Shown: one piece after another, positions 39,107 through 51,094 of the stretch
Numbering within the stretch: position 1 is the stretch's first letter
How the letters are laid out: each line of letters starts with the position of its first letter
DNA from: a virus
IMG/VR virus record: IMGVR_UViG_3300037851_000831
Coordinates: 32,783-96,782 of that record
Length of the DNA: 64,000 nucleotides
Direction: 5' to 3' (one strand)
Program-made: the position numbers and the translations under genes
Notes under the pieces: model-generated
What the model was told of the DNA's origin: nothing
Seen by the model: only the letters and a program-made list of their open reading frames with translations
Databases searched by the model: none

Positions 39107-40084
39107 ATGAACGGGATGAATGAGATGGAAATTTACAATGGCGATTGTATAGACGTGAACAAACGTATTGCTGATGAATCAGTTACGCTTGGAATCTACG
39201 ATCCTCCATTTGGAATCGGTGAAGCCGGGTTCGACCGACACTACAAGCGAGATAGTAAAAATGTGATCGAAGGATATCAGGAGGCACCACAAGACTATCG
39301 CCAATGGACTCTTGATTGGATGCGAGAGGCAAAGCGAGTGCTTCACCCCAACGGTTCGATGTTCGTTATCATCGGACATACCAACTTAATTCACGTGCTC
39401 AATGCTGCTGTAGAACTTGATCTTCCGATGATCAATCACATCATTTGGAAGTATAATTTTGGTGTGAACACCAAGAAGAAGTTCGTAACATCACATTATC
39501 ACGTTCTTTATTTTGCCAAAAGCCTGACAGCCAACAGAATTTTCAACGTCAATTGTCGCTTCGGAAATCAGGAGATTGCGGCGGATGGTGGCAAGGCTCT
39601 TTATGATGATCTGGAGGATGTCTTTGTCATAAACAAAGAGTATGCCCCCGACGAAAAGAAGAACCAAAACAAACTTCCAGAGGAACTTATCCAGAAACTA
39701 ATTCTTTACACATCGAATGAGGGTGATGTTGTGTGTGACTTTTTCATGGGGAATTTCACCACTGCCAAAGTTGCACGAAAGTTGGGAAGAAAGGTTTGTG
39801 GATATGAAATAAATCCCGAATCCTTCGCATACCACATGGATCGCGTTGCCGCAATCGAGTTCGGATGTGAATTGAAAAATTTGAAGAGCGTTGTGAACAT
39901 CGTGCCTAAGAATCAAGGTAAGAAAATCACACCAGAAGAAGCGAAGTCGATTCGCGATGATTATACCGCAATGCTGGCAACGGGTATGAAGAAGAAAGAC
40001 GCATCTACCAAACTTCAAGAAAAGTATGGCAGAGGAAAGTTTGCCATCAAGAACATTTTGGATAAGCAGGAGAATGCACAATGA
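39107..40084 (+). CDS. N6-adenine/N4-cytosine DNA methyltransferase (beta class)
   Basis: DPPF catalytic motif, IIWKY, DFFMGNFTT SAM motif. Confidence 0.9.
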   Translation: MNGMNEMEIYNGDCIDVNKRIADESVTLGIYDPPFGIGEAGFDRHYKRDSKNVIEGYQEAPQDYRQWTLDWMREAKRVLHPNGSMFVIIGHTNLIHVLNAAVELDLPMINHIIWKYNFGVNTKKKFVTSHYHVLYFAKSLTANRIFNVNCRFGNQEIAADGGKALYDDLEDVFVINKEYAPDEKKNQNKLPEELIQKLILYTSNEGDVVCDFFMGNFTTAKVARKLGRKVCGYEINPESFAYHMDRVAAIEFGCELKNLKSVVNIVPKNQGKKITPEEAKSIRDDYTAMLATGMKKKDASTKLQEKYGRGKFAIKNILDKQENAQ

Positions 40085-40752
40085 ACCAATCACATACATG
40101 TCTACTGGAATTTCTCAAACGAGACGGCAACCATAACAAGATGATGGAAGTATTGAAGTTGGTGACGAAACAAGTGCCCACAGACATGAACGGTCCGGAG
40201 TTTAGATCGAATATCAGTCATCTCTACTGTCACGCATTCTCGAAGGCATTTCCGGGTGTGATTCGTACGATATACGACAAAGAGCACGATATGGAATATA
40301 TCGATGAGGCGACGGGCGTACGGGAGACGATATCGCTGAAGAGCATGATATCAGTGTTTCAGAAACGTAATAAAAAATGCCCGAGTAAACTGACACAGCC
40401 CGGAAAAATCATGTTCATCAACGTGATGGGTGACAACAAGCAAGAGAAGATAGAGAAGACGCTCGACAGTGTAAACTGGATTTTGGTAATCCAACGAGGA
40501 GGAAACTCTGCTGTGGGATATGCTCTGATTAGTGGAAAAAACCTCAAAGAGTTGATCCACAAAAAGCCGTCGTGCATTTCGGCAAGTTCTGATCAAATAA
40601 AACTCAACATTACCAACAGTGATTATGATCATTTTGGTGGTCTCGAAACGATATCCATAAACGAATCAGCAGAGGTTTGCACCAAAAGAAATCAAAACTT
40701 CCAGCGAGAAGTATATCGATTGTTTGACTCTGTGCTGGAATTTTCTGCTTGA
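40081..40752 (+). CDS. putative restriction-type endonuclease coupled to the MTase
   Basis: ATGA overlap with MTase; HDMEY...ISLKS resembles PD-(D/E)xK. Confidence 0.45.
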   Translation: MNQSHTCLLEFLKRDGNHNKMMEVLKLVTKQVPTDMNGPEFRSNISHLYCHAFSKAFPGVIRTIYDKEHDMEYIDEATGVRETISLKSMISVFQKRNKKCPSKLTQPGKIMFINVMGDNKQEKIEKTLDSVNWILVIQRGGNSAVGYALISGKNLKELIHKKPSCISASSDQIKLNITNSDYDHFGGLETISINESAEVCTKRNQNFQREVYRLFDSVLEFSA

Positions 40753-40782
40753 CCTTTCTTCAAGCCTCACACAACCTCACAT

Positions 40783-41704
40783 CATGAACTACTTTCTCAT
40801 TGCCACACTGGTCGCCATCTTCGCACAATTGTTTGCTGCGATATACGTTGCCAGAAAGTTCGTCGATTGGTGGTACACGACAAAGTTTGGAATGACACAT
40901 CGCGTTCTCAACGCAGTAGCGTATCCGTTTCTCTTGGTAGGAATGTCGGTACTTCTGAGTGTTGTGTTCCATTATGAGATTGGATTCATGGCTCCCCTCT
41001 TTCGTTAATCATGCCTCCTGATAACTCAGTCGTCGGTCTCTTGCTCGCATCACTCGTTCTTGTAGTGTTGTGGGAACTCATGGTGTACGGTGTTTTTGTA
41101 TATGAGTGGTTTCGTAGCGTCGTTGACGTTGCCAAAACAGAAATTGCACACGGCAGAAGTATGGTAATGGTTTATGCCCGTGTTCTTGGTACGATTTTAA
41201 TGATCGCCATCTCAGCAGTTCTTTTCGTCGGGTTGGTATTTTTTGAAACAGCATTCGTGGGGTATTTACTCAAATGACATTCGACGTACTCGGCATAATG
41301 GCAACTTTCTGTGGCATCATCCTGCTAATCTATAGCATTGCCACATACGGAATATTCTTCAAGCGGAATGAATGGTTTCCAACGGCGCGGCCGAACGCTC
41401 GAATTGCATTCACACTCATGACACTTTCACTCGCCGTAACCGAATACATGCTCATCGTCTCAGCAATGCGCCTCGCACCATGAATTCATATCACGCAGAA
41501 CCCGGAAAGACTCCCAAGCAACAAGAAACCGATCTTCCGTTGCGATTGATGGTAAGCCGCCGCCCAGCACCACCGAAACCCAAGATCGGTCCGGCTGTCT
41601 ATAGGAGAGAGGGTGGTGAGGGAGTGGCTTGGATATTCATAGCAATGATGATTATCATTGGGGTGGCATCGATCTTGGATCATTTTGGTTTAATTCCTCA
41701 ATGA
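40783..41704 (+). other. four small membrane-protein genes
   Basis: Coupled hydrophobic ORFs after promoter at 40749. Confidence 0.6.
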
Positions 41705-42009
41705 CTCATAAACAAAAAGCCGTAAAGAAAATCATCGATGATGTAATCAACAATTCGATGTTGACTGATGCCGATAAGATAGCATCTCTCAAGCCATGCG
41801 TTCCTATGATCAGGCGCAAGATGAAGGTTGCCTATAGCAACCTCAATAAAGGAAATCTCAAGCAAGACGAGTTCAACGGGAAGATAATACATTACACCTT
41901 CATGTTAGAAACTCTGTTCGATGCTATCACCCAACTTGAGGGTAAGGAAATAAAGAAAACTCAACACGCGAATGTTGAGTTTCTGGATAGTATCGCCGAG
42001 TTGATGTAA
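41701..42009 (+). CDS. hypothetical protein with C-terminal FLDSIAELM
   Basis: ATGA-coupled start at 41701. Confidence 0.7.
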   Translation: MTHKQKAVKKIIDDVINNSMLTDADKIASLKPCVPMIRRKMKVAYSNLNKGNLKQDEFNGKIIHYTFMLETLFDAITQLEGKEIKKTQHANVEFLDSIAELM

Positions 42010-43259
42010 TTACACTTCGATTGAATTTGGCTCGTGTGTGTCTTCGGGTTTGAAGCCAACTTGGTCGGCAACCTTCTGAAGAAGTGGCGTCATGTCGTGC
42101 CCACTGCAATACCAACCGAGTGTTTTACGCAACTCTGGTAGGTCGAACGCACTGATTGGGGATGAGCGACCGTTTCTCACAATACGCATCAGAGCGTCGC
42201 GAAGAGCGGAAACGTTGGCGCAGCACACAGGCAATTCACTATCATCAGAATTGCCGTCGATGAGTTTGACCCACTCGGAGTCAGTTAGATTGAGGGATGG
42301 TCGTTCGCTCATAGTTCAACAACTTTCGTTCCGATGCAGTCAATAAGAAGATATTGCCGTAGAGGTGTTTGAATGTTCAATTGCCGTTTTGCATCTCTCG
42401 CAGCATCGAATAGCATACGAATTACTTCGGCGTCTTGTCGTTCGAGGATTTGCTTCGTTACGGTCGCGAAAGCCTCGTCGCAGTCTAAATACTTGCGGGG
42501 ATTTATGTCAACGTGTGTTTCTTCCATAGAGCCAGTTTGGATATGTCATATATCAAGTCAAGCAGAAACGTTTTTATAGTTTGACACAGTTCGTGGAGGA
42601 ATGTAGACATGGAGTAATGAACACATCAGCACCATCCAGCACAAACAAGCCCGGTAGATCGCCGATTCCTTTTCCTCAAGCCTTCACAGTTTCTTCAAAG
42701 GTGACGATTCAAGGTTGTGTGAGCGCAATCGAGAGATATTTCAAGGATACTGTCGAGACATTCTTGATGGGTGCCCCGCTTGGATTCAACACGATTGACC
42801 AAGTGTTGAGTGTTCTCTCAAAATCAACTTACCTAAAAACTGAGGAAACAATGGTTCCCGATCGCGCCGCGTGGAAACACCTTTTCACGTGCAAGGAGAT
42901 GGAGTTTGAAAATCCATGGTTGAATGTGGAGGCGGATAGAATCAAATACGTTTTCCCCAACACTCGCGTTGTTGACTTCTGTATCGTCATCGACCCGACG
43001 ATGCCCCCGAACGAATTGAAAAGAAACTTTCTCACGCTTCGAGTGCCGAAGAGAGTTTTCGTCATCAAGGTCGGGCGCAGCGGATATGTTGGTGAAAGGT
43101 TTTCGATAATGGCTGTGGAGCCGCATAGAGGTTCGGCAAAAGAGTTTCCAACATTCGACGAAGCCCGAACGTACATCGACGGACTGGTGAAGCGGGATTA
43201 TTCGATACAGCGTGAAATTCAAATTTGTGGCGGGTGTGAAATTGTCGAGGATGATACGC

Positions 43260-43880
43260 ATGAGAAAACCCCCGAGAATACGCCCCGACTATAATTACTA
43301 CCGGAATCGGCAGGTTCCATTGACGGTTAGAATGACGAAGATTGACGAAAATCTTCGCATGTGTGATTTCGTAAGATCGAATCCGCCGATGATTATGCTC
43401 GCTCCATGTGAAGCATATGTGGAACTTCAAAAAATGTATATCCACCTTCGCAAAGAACTGTTGATTGGTGAATACTTATCAGTAGTGTTAAAGAGAAACA
43501 ACAAATCATTGCGAGAGATTGAAAAAACGTTGGATGTACCCACGTTGATCCTTGCCATCAAAATGTGCGAGGAATACGTCAAGAAACTTGATGAAGAAAT
43601 CAAAATGTTGAAGCGGGTCAAACAAGACGAAGACGATCCTGTTATAGACGTTGATGCCACCGTTGACAACATACGAAAAGACAAACCCGTTGTGTATAAG
43701 AGAATCCGAGAACTATCAAAGATGCTCAAAGACAAGTTCGGAAAAGAGTACAACTCCGAAGAATATGCATCCGAGACTGTTGATAGTCTAGCACGCAAAC
43801 TCTCGGGTGGCGTGGATGCAACGACCACGGTCGTCAATGATAATGAATCATTTCTCAATAGCATATCGGAGGAAATGTGA
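43260..43880 (+). CDS. hypothetical helical protein with C-terminal FLNSISEEM
   Basis: ORF track 43212-43880, start reassigned. Confidence 0.7.
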   Translation: MRKPPRIRPDYNYYRNRQVPLTVRMTKIDENLRMCDFVRSNPPMIMLAPCEAYVELQKMYIHLRKELLIGEYLSVVLKRNNKSLREIEKTLDVPTLILAIKMCEEYVKKLDEEIKMLKRVKQDEDDPVIDVDATVDNIRKDKPVVYKRIRELSKMLKDKFGKEYNSEEYASETVDSLARKLSGGVDATTTVVNDNESFLNSISEEM

Positions 43881-44236
43881 TGAGCGATCCACTTGAAAAT
43901 ATTCCACCAAGATTAGGAAAGACTATCGTATGGCTGTTGGTATTCTACGTTGACATGTACAAAGGCTCCACATGCCCCGTCACCGTACTGAAGAGAACGA
44001 TGCTGCACACATTCAAGGGTGAGGGAATTCTCGAATTGGATTTGAACCTCACCATTCAGTTGATGGTCAAAAACGGAAAACTCAAGCCCAGCGTTGTTGA
44101 TGGAACGGAAATGTTGGAACTTGTTGATTACAATGCCATTTCCGAAGCCAGAAAGAAGTTCATATCACAAATCGATAATGTGGTATAGCCATTTTCCGAT
44201 TGACATTACATTGGTGTGTGGTTGAATGGGAGTTCG

Positions 44237-44830
44237 ATGAACTATCCTCCAACACTAATCGCAGAAATTCGACAACGAACTGGTTTGGGCATTCTTGAAA
44301 TCAAGAAGGCTCTCGACGAAAAGAACGGCGTCGTCGAAGACGTTATCGAACTATTGAAGAAGCGCAGCGCATCCAAAGTCGTTGACCTTGGAAAGCGAGA
44401 AGCCAACGAGGGAGTCATCCACGCATACGTGCATCAGGGTGCAAAGACTGGTTGCATCATTGAGGTAAATTGCGAGACTGACTTCGTTGCTCGTAATGAA
44501 GAGTTCCGGGCATTTGTCTCCGATCTGTGTCTTCAGATTGTGGCAGCAAGCCCAAAGTATGTTTCACGCAACGATGTTCCTGCCGACGAAATCGCAGCCA
44601 TCAGAGACCAAGCACTTTCAAACGAATCCCTCAAGAACAAGCCTCAACACGTTCGCGAGAAGATTGCGGATGGTAAGGTCAATCAGCACTTGGAAACCAT
44701 TTGCTTGCTTGACCAACCGTTTGTTAAAGATACGAATCGGAAAGTAAGCGACCTTTTGACTGAAATCGGTGGCAAGTTCAAGGAAAAGATCGTCGTTCGT
44801 CGCTTCACTCGCTACGAGATTGGAAAGTAA
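44237..44830 (+). CDS. tsf: translation elongation factor Ts (short type)
   Basis: EIRQRTGLGILEIKKAL, REANEG, EVNCETDFVARN, LLDQPFVKD, VRRFTRYEIG. Confidence 0.95.
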   Translation: MNYPPTLIAEIRQRTGLGILEIKKALDEKNGVVEDVIELLKKRSASKVVDLGKREANEGVIHAYVHQGAKTGCIIEVNCETDFVARNEEFRAFVSDLCLQIVAASPKYVSRNDVPADEIAAIRDQALSNESLKNKPQHVREKIADGKVNQHLETICLLDQPFVKDTNRKVSDLLTEIGGKFKEKIVVRRFTRYEIGK

Positions 44831-46806
44831 TCACCATGAATGTTCCTGACGCAAAAGTATCAACGAAAGAATTGTTTGAGTTTTGCAGAGACATGCAGAC
44901 TCAACTAACCCTCGCCGTGCTTCTGAAGGAGTTCTTCATTCAGAAGCAGGCATTTGAGCACGCCTCCGGATTTCGAGAGATTGAGAAGTCGTTTCGCGAT
45001 CCCGCCAAAAATCCTCTATTGATCCCCAAGAAAATCAGGTTTCTCATTGTGTTCACTGATGGAAAGTATGACGGGGGTCGGGGTATTGCAGTCAAAAATA
45101 TCGACGATGCTCGTAAGTATCCTGATTTTGAATCGGCATGTTCCCATGCCACACGACTCAATGGTGTTGCTCGCATCGATCCTCATATAGAGGAATACAC
45201 AGAACCGGAAGACGACTCCGACGATGACTCTTAAACAATTGAGACAAAGATTGGATGGTAAGGAAATCGTTGGGGTTTCCAAGACCAAGAGTGATGCTCT
45301 CTGGCATGTGTCTTACATAAGCGGAAAGCATCTTCTTTACGTGAGAGTTCCCCGTCGCACCGCATTGGCAATTTCAAAAGAAATATGAGAGTCATCGACT
45401 ACATAAAAACCATTCCGTCCCCGAACAACCGGGTCTATCCTCCGGATGTGATCGAAAAGATTTACGAGAAACTCAAGGAGTTCGCTGCACGGCAACCGTT
45501 CCAGATGGAAGTTCGCCACAACACAAAGGAAGGGCAACTTGAGGCGGATGTATTTGCCAGCGATGCTCTCATGTTCATACCGAACATGAATTACGTCAAC
45601 ATTGACCCGGAACTTCTCAAAGAGAATCCCAAGTTGACCTTCATTGTACTAAAATCACGAGACCTTCAAAATGACAGCCAAAGAACAAGCCAAGAGAGAG
45701 AAACTTCTACTTGAAGCGGCAGCAATCTTTCAAACGTATCTGATGGATCACCCCAATCCTCAGCCCGTTCACGAAGCCATGCAAGCGGTGCGCGACGCCA
45801 ATCCCGACATGCGAGAGTATTCCCTCCGTGGAGCACTTTGGTATTTGATCGGTATGGGAAAGATGCGCATGGATAAGGATTACAATCTCACCCTGAAGAT
45901 ATGAAAGACTCATACGTTCAATTTGGTTTGTACCATCCGGTCACATCGACCATGCAAAAAGGCTATATCGATGAGAACGGAAATATGGCGTATGGAGAAC
46001 ACGAAATCGTTCTATCGAACGAGGAATACGATCCTAAGCGATGGGAAGTTCCCTCGTTGGAACCTGTTCAACTTGAATTGGGAATTCCCGACCCCGAGCC
46101 GAAGATCGCCAACATTCCGACAAAACCTTTGTCGGAGAAGCAGCAATGGTCAAATGAACAAATTACAAGTCGTGGGAGCCTTCGACTTCCCCGATGGGCG
46201 GGCGGCTATCGATTCTTGAAAAATTTGGAAAACCAATTCGTCGTAGACGTATCAATCGAAGAGCGTAAAGGGTTTATATACGCCGATTATTACTTTGTCA
46301 TTACCGGTCGTCGCGAGTTTGTCGAAGAAGCGATGGTGTATATCGAAGAGTCTTACTATGCATACACAAATCGCTATTGATTGGCGACTTCATATTGATT
46401 GATAGCGTGGTCGAGACAAAGCCATCCGCCGCCGACGAAGTTAACCATGTACATTGGCATTCCGAAGTCGTCTCTAACGACGTTTCTCACGGTTGCCTTA
46501 TGACCATTCAATCGGTCTTTCAGTTTCAACCCTCTGTATAGCGAAGGGTATTCAGGATCGGGCCAGCCACCATCACGGATGGCTTGATTTAGATCAAATG
46601 CATCACCGACATACTTGACGATCTTGGGATAGGTTTTCTTTTTCACCAGACTTCTCCAATTTCATCCAATGTAATGGGCTCGGGCTTCGTATTTTTTTTC
46701 TTGTTCAGCACAAGTTCGGCGGTCCATTTCGCTTTGAGTTTTCTCTTCTTTCCCCGTACAACTATAGGAATTGAGGTGAGGGTTATTGATATGGTTTTTT
46801 TCTTCA

Positions 46807-47157
46807 TCACCATTCCCCCGGAGGTTGCTTGTATTTTCCCTTCGGTGGCTCTGGAAGGGGCATCCAGTGTGTTGGATACATGACAAGTGATCGGGCTTCA
46901 TATGACAGAACTCCATCACACCTATCTCCGTGATTTTGCATGATGCCGTCATATGTTCCCGCCCAATGTGGGTGAACGGGCGCTTTTGGAATAGGAGTAC
47001 CGTCGAGCAGGCATTTGTGAACTTCGTTGGAGTGTGGGATATCAATCCAGCGACCTTGCATCACAACCCACGGATATTCACCATAGTTGTGCGGAGGTTG
47101 AGCCAATAGAATCAACTTGTCTTTCGGTGCGGTTTTGATAGGTCGCCATTTACTCAT
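46807..47157 (-). CDS. DUF551-like phage protein
   Basis: WRPIKTAPKD...PTHWMPLPEPP. Confidence 0.75.
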   Translation of the reverse strand: MSKWRPIKTAPKDKLILLAQPPHNYGEYPWVVMQGRWIDIPHSNEVHKCLLDGTPIPKAPVHPHWAGTYDGIMQNHGDRCDGVLSYEARSLVMYPTHWMPLPEPPKGKYKQPPGEW

Positions 47158-47321
47158 GATTCCAGTGTGCATAAGGAACATTCGGTGTCAATCTTTTACT
47201 TGGGATAGGGTATCCACCCCACGATAAAATGAGGTATCTTCTTAACGCCGAGATACTTGACATTTTTGAAATAAGGTGCATGATGATGTGCAGTTCAAGA
47301 AACAATCAATCCAAATATCAC

Positions 47322-48152
47322 ATGAAGACACTCCGTTATCTCTCCGTTGGTTTGCTCGCTCTCACCCTGTCTCTTTCCACCTTTGCTGCTCCGGGCAAGT
47401 CGGTTGACTCGACAACCGGAGTTCGTTCCGGCACGAACGGCAAGACGACAACCACGACCACAACCGATCCGGTTGCTATGTCAACGTCTTCCGATGTGGT
47501 TCTCAGTGATGTGAACCTGAAGGCTCGCCTTGGATCGCGATACACGATCAACACGAGCACGAATGCGGTTCCGAACTACACGTTCACCGGCTTCCTTCTC
47601 CCCGATGGTCGTGTTGCTGGCAACTGCTGGCGGTTGGAGATGAATCCCATCACCAAGATGAGTCAGGGCACGTATCAGTGGATCAGCACGAATGGTGTCA
47701 ATACGATTCGCCAGAACTTCAATCTTTACGTGGCGACTGATACTACGGCACCTGATGTGTCTTTGACTTCCGAACTTACCTCAGCGGTTTCCGAGTTCAG
47801 TTTCTCCGTGTCGGGTCGTTCTACCACGGCGGTTGTCATTACGGTGCAGGGCACCAATGGCTTGACCGATCCGTTCATCACGGTTGTTGACGCTGCGGGA
47901 AATGCGGTTGGTGGTTCCTTCACTCTCGGCGAGTCTCGCTGGGCGCTTCCCGACACTGCGGCGTGGGGTTATGTCTGGAACGAGGAAGTTGTTCGTTGGC
48001 AGTGGGCGCAGGCTTTCAACGGTGAATGCCCTCTCGTCAATGGCGATGGAATCTTGGTTATGAACCTTCCTGCCGGTGACTACACCGTTGCCGTGTCGAG
48101 CAAGACCGGGCAAGTCGGCACGTTCACCCTGAACATGGCTGACTATCGGTAA
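47322..48152 (+). CDS. secreted Thr-rich protein with Opitutae-type C-terminal domain
   Basis: Signal peptide; VNLKAR, LTDPFITV, LVMNLPAGDYTVAVS; followed by terminator. Confidence 0.6.
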   Translation: MKTLRYLSVGLLALTLSLSTFAAPGKSVDSTTGVRSGTNGKTTTTTTTDPVAMSTSSDVVLSDVNLKARLGSRYTINTSTNAVPNYTFTGFLLPDGRVAGNCWRLEMNPITKMSQGTYQWISTNGVNTIRQNFNLYVATDTTAPDVSLTSELTSAVSEFSFSVSGRSTTAVVITVQGTNGLTDPFITVVDAAGNAVGGSFTLGESRWALPDTAAWGYVWNEEVVRWQWAQAFNGECPLVNGDGILVMNLPAGDYTVAVSSKTGQVGTFTLNMADYR

Positions 48153-48170
48153 GCCACTTATTTCAATCTG

Positions 48171-48204
48171 AAAGGCTCTCGTCGAAAGGCGAGAGCCTTT
48201 TTTT
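48171..48204 (+). terminator. intrinsic terminator
   Basis: AAAGGCTCTCGTC-GAAA-GGCGAGAGCCTTTTTTT. Confidence 0.9.
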
Positions 48205-49009
48205 ATGTTGACTTGGGGTAAATTTGGAGGATGATTGAGTCGATGAACAACACCTATTCAGTTCAAGAAACTATCGACAGAAACGTTGGGTGCCCCAACC
48301 CTTCGGTTGAGCGTAAAAAGAAATTGGAAGCCGAGCAGAATCGCTCCCTGAAGGGATATACCGGAGCATCGTTCTTCGATCTGAGCATGGTCAACTCCCC
48401 TTACATCCCCGCGTCATCGCTCCAAACCCCACTTCAAGAATGAAAGACATTTTTCAACGCCGTCAATTTGAAACAAAGATGCTGATTGTAATCGTGGCTC
48501 TTTATGCCATGTTTACGTGTGGTGTCATCACAGCGATGTGTGTCAGTGCACCAATGTCGATCTTTGTGCCGCTCGTCTGTGCCAAGACGACCTGTTTCAT
48601 TGGTGCTATCTACATCATGTGTAAGAAATGAGCAAACGTCGAGCCAGTTTCATTTCTCCATACATACCACTCGACGGTGGAGAAATCGACGAGTTGACTA
48701 TCTATCAACAAGTCGAGGATGCTCAAAAAATCGAGGAAAGCAAGAAAATGTTTTATGAACAGGTTCTTCCCAAGATTCTTCCGGAAAAGATGCCCACACT
48801 GACGGAGATTGCAAATGCGCAGCCCGTTGTTCCCAATGGAATTTCTGAAAAGACGTTTCCTTGGTGGAGAAAAGATCGCCTCGGTTATCCAATAGAATAC
48901 ATCAAGGGAAAACCGATCCGTAACTTCATCAGAATCATCTGTTTGAACATTCGAAAAATCTTGCTGCCGTAGGGCTTGACTTTTTTCAGGGTGCCGTCAT
49001 AGTGTAGGC

Positions 49010-49882
49010 ATGGAATCAGTAAACGCAACACTTTTCAGCAAGGGTCTCTACAGTTCTTGGTGCCACCTTCCGCAACTCGAAATTCTCTTCGATGCAGGTG
49101 AGGGTGCGGCTACGCATCTTGGTAATGAACTTTTCAACGTGACCCGCATTTTCATCGGTCACCATCACGGAGACCACACCCTCGGTCTTCCGTCTATTAT
49201 CGGTTGTCGAAACATGGTGCACGGCATGTCTCGCAATCCGGAGACTCGCGATGCCAACAAGCCTCTCACGGTTTACTACCCGAAGGGTTCCGGTCGCGAG
49301 TCGATGCAAAACCTCTTCGGGTTCATTTGGGAGCGAAACCGCAACTGGCTTCGTTACGAACTCGAATTCATTGAAATCGAGCACGGAATGGAGATTGAGG
49401 TTGCCAAGGATACTTTCGTGCAGGCATTCACCATGCTTCACGACAAGAACTACGAGTGTCTCGGTTATCGAGTAATCGAGCGTCGTAAGCGTCTCAAGAA
49501 GGAATTCATCGGAGAGGATATCCGCGCACTCAAGAAGAGTGGATTCGTTGGTGATGTGATGGAGAATTACAGCGCCAACCTCTTCGCTTACTGCCTTGAT
49601 GCATACAAGATTCCGGAGGCGTCTCGCCTTTCCAACTGTGAGTGTGCCATTATGGATTGCACGTTTGTCAACCCTGACGACCGTGATGATCCTACACACT
49701 TCACTCTTCAGGAATCGATTGAACTCTGTGCGGAATGGAACGTAAAGAAAATGGTGGTTGGTCACCTTTCTCCTCGTTACGACAGTCGATATGTTCGCAA
49801 GGCTATCGACCGTCTCAAGGGCGGAATTGATGATCCGACCATCGTTTGGTACGAGGGTTCTCCCTACCTCGCCAGTTGGTAA
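49010..49882 (+). CDS. rnz: RNase Z, Thermotoga (TM)-type metallo-beta-lactamase fold
   Basis: FSKGLYSSW, ILFDAGEG, HHHGDH (HxHxDH), short flexible arm RKRLKKEF.G, DCTF, HLSPRY. Confidence 0.85.
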   Translation: MESVNATLFSKGLYSSWCHLPQLEILFDAGEGAATHLGNELFNVTRIFIGHHHGDHTLGLPSIIGCRNMVHGMSRNPETRDANKPLTVYYPKGSGRESMQNLFGFIWERNRNWLRYELEFIEIEHGMEIEVAKDTFVQAFTMLHDKNYECLGYRVIERRKRLKKEFIGEDIRALKKSGFVGDVMENYSANLFAYCLDAYKIPEASRLSNCECAIMDCTFVNPDDRDDPTHFTLQESIELCAEWNVKKMVVGHLSPRYDSRYVRKAIDRLKGGIDDPTIVWYEGSPYLASW

Positions 49883-49886
49883 TAAC

Positions 49887-49916
49887 AAACCCCGGTTTCA
49901 CGACCGGGGTTTTTTG
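49887..49916. terminator. bidirectional terminator
   Basis: AAACCCCGGT-TTCACG-ACCGGGGTTTTTT between convergent genes. Confidence 0.85.
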
Positions 49917-49917
49917 T

Positions 49918-50256
49918 TTACTCGAACCAAGTTTCTGCCGAGCCTGTTGGAGCCTGTTTAGGCTCGTCTGGCTTTTTGTTTTTCTGTTCCCTTAGCCAGA
50001 CAATGAACGGCTTTTCAATTGCTCCTAATCGAACGGCATGTGCTCTGCGCGTGGGCACAAGGTCATAATGGGAGGCGAGACGGTGTGGCTGAAACCACTC
50101 TCGCTTCATCCCGATCTTTCGAGCCATTTCATGTAATACATCCTCTTCGCCGGGATCGCACCACATATGACTCCATTGGTGATTATGTTTCGCACCGACA
50201 CGCTTTGCTTGTGCGTCTCGCTCAACTCCAGTGAAGGGAGGATCGACGTAAATCAT
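49918..50256 (-). CDS. DUF4031 family protein
   Basis: IYVD...WSHM..D...LH..A..IG..R.WFQ...HYDL. Confidence 0.8.
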   Translation of the reverse strand: MIYVDPPFTGVERDAQAKRVGAKHNHQWSHMWCDPGEEDVLHEMARKIGMKREWFQPHRLASHYDLVPTRRAHAVRLGAIEKPFIVWLREQKNKKPDEPKQAPTGSAETWFE

Positions 50257-50370
50257 TACTTGGAGCCATCCTCTGTCCATTGCTTTCCGCAATCAAGACA
50301 GACAAAGTTGGTGATGTAGTGTGAGCCAGCCTTCCCGACGCTCCAACCGTCGCCAATGTCTTTGTGCGTC

Positions 50371-50808
50371 TTAATCAGTCGCTCGTGGTGATGTGGACAC
50401 GCTTCCTGAAGTTTCTTCAGTTCGTGGTGAAGCCGTTCCATTTTTATCTGGATGTTGTGGCGTTTCATGTGGATTTTCTTCCCACTGGAATATCTCGGGC
50501 AAAGGTCTCTGTGCATATGACAACTTTTCGATTGATGGCTCATTATTGGCTATTTGAAGGAGAATATCTCCGTGGCATCGCTTTGGTGCACAGAAGCATA
50601 CGAGGTCTTTCCCCCGAAGTTCCCGCCTCACCTCATCGATGAACTGGGGTGAATTCTCTACCATCTCTCGGTATTTGTCAACAGAATTATCTCGGGTATT
50701 CTCACCACTTATGGGGAAGGGGTTGCCCCATTTGCTCGGGCGACCTATGTAAACCGCTCCATTAGGAATCCTTCCGCCTAATCGATGAAGGTTGAGAACT
50801 CTTGGCAT
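50371..50808 (-). CDS. DUF4326 family protein
   Basis: VYIGRPSKWGNPF...LRGKDLVCFCAPKRCHGD. Confidence 0.85.
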   Translation of the reverse strand: MPRVLNLHRLGGRIPNGAVYIGRPSKWGNPFPISGENTRDNSVDKYREMVENSPQFIDEVRRELRGKDLVCFCAPKRCHGDILLQIANNEPSIEKLSYAQRPLPEIFQWEENPHETPQHPDKNGTASPRTEETSGSVSTSPRATD

Positions 50809-51094
50809 TTTGTTTCGGTGACGGGTTTCTTTGTCTCCCGGTTTTTTGTCCACTTGACCGTGATGTATGTTCCCAGCCACGCACCGGCAATTAGAAAAAA
50901 GACATATCGCCAATCATGCGAATACGAAACTACTCCGTATGCATTGATGGCATACATGATTGAGCCGATGGTTGCTGCGCGTGCTGGAAGGTTTTTCTCA
51001 ACCGATTTGAAGTATAGCACGTATAGACCATCAAAGAAGAAGTAGAAGACAAACACCACAATCCCCACCCACACATTCATGCCTTCAAATAGTG

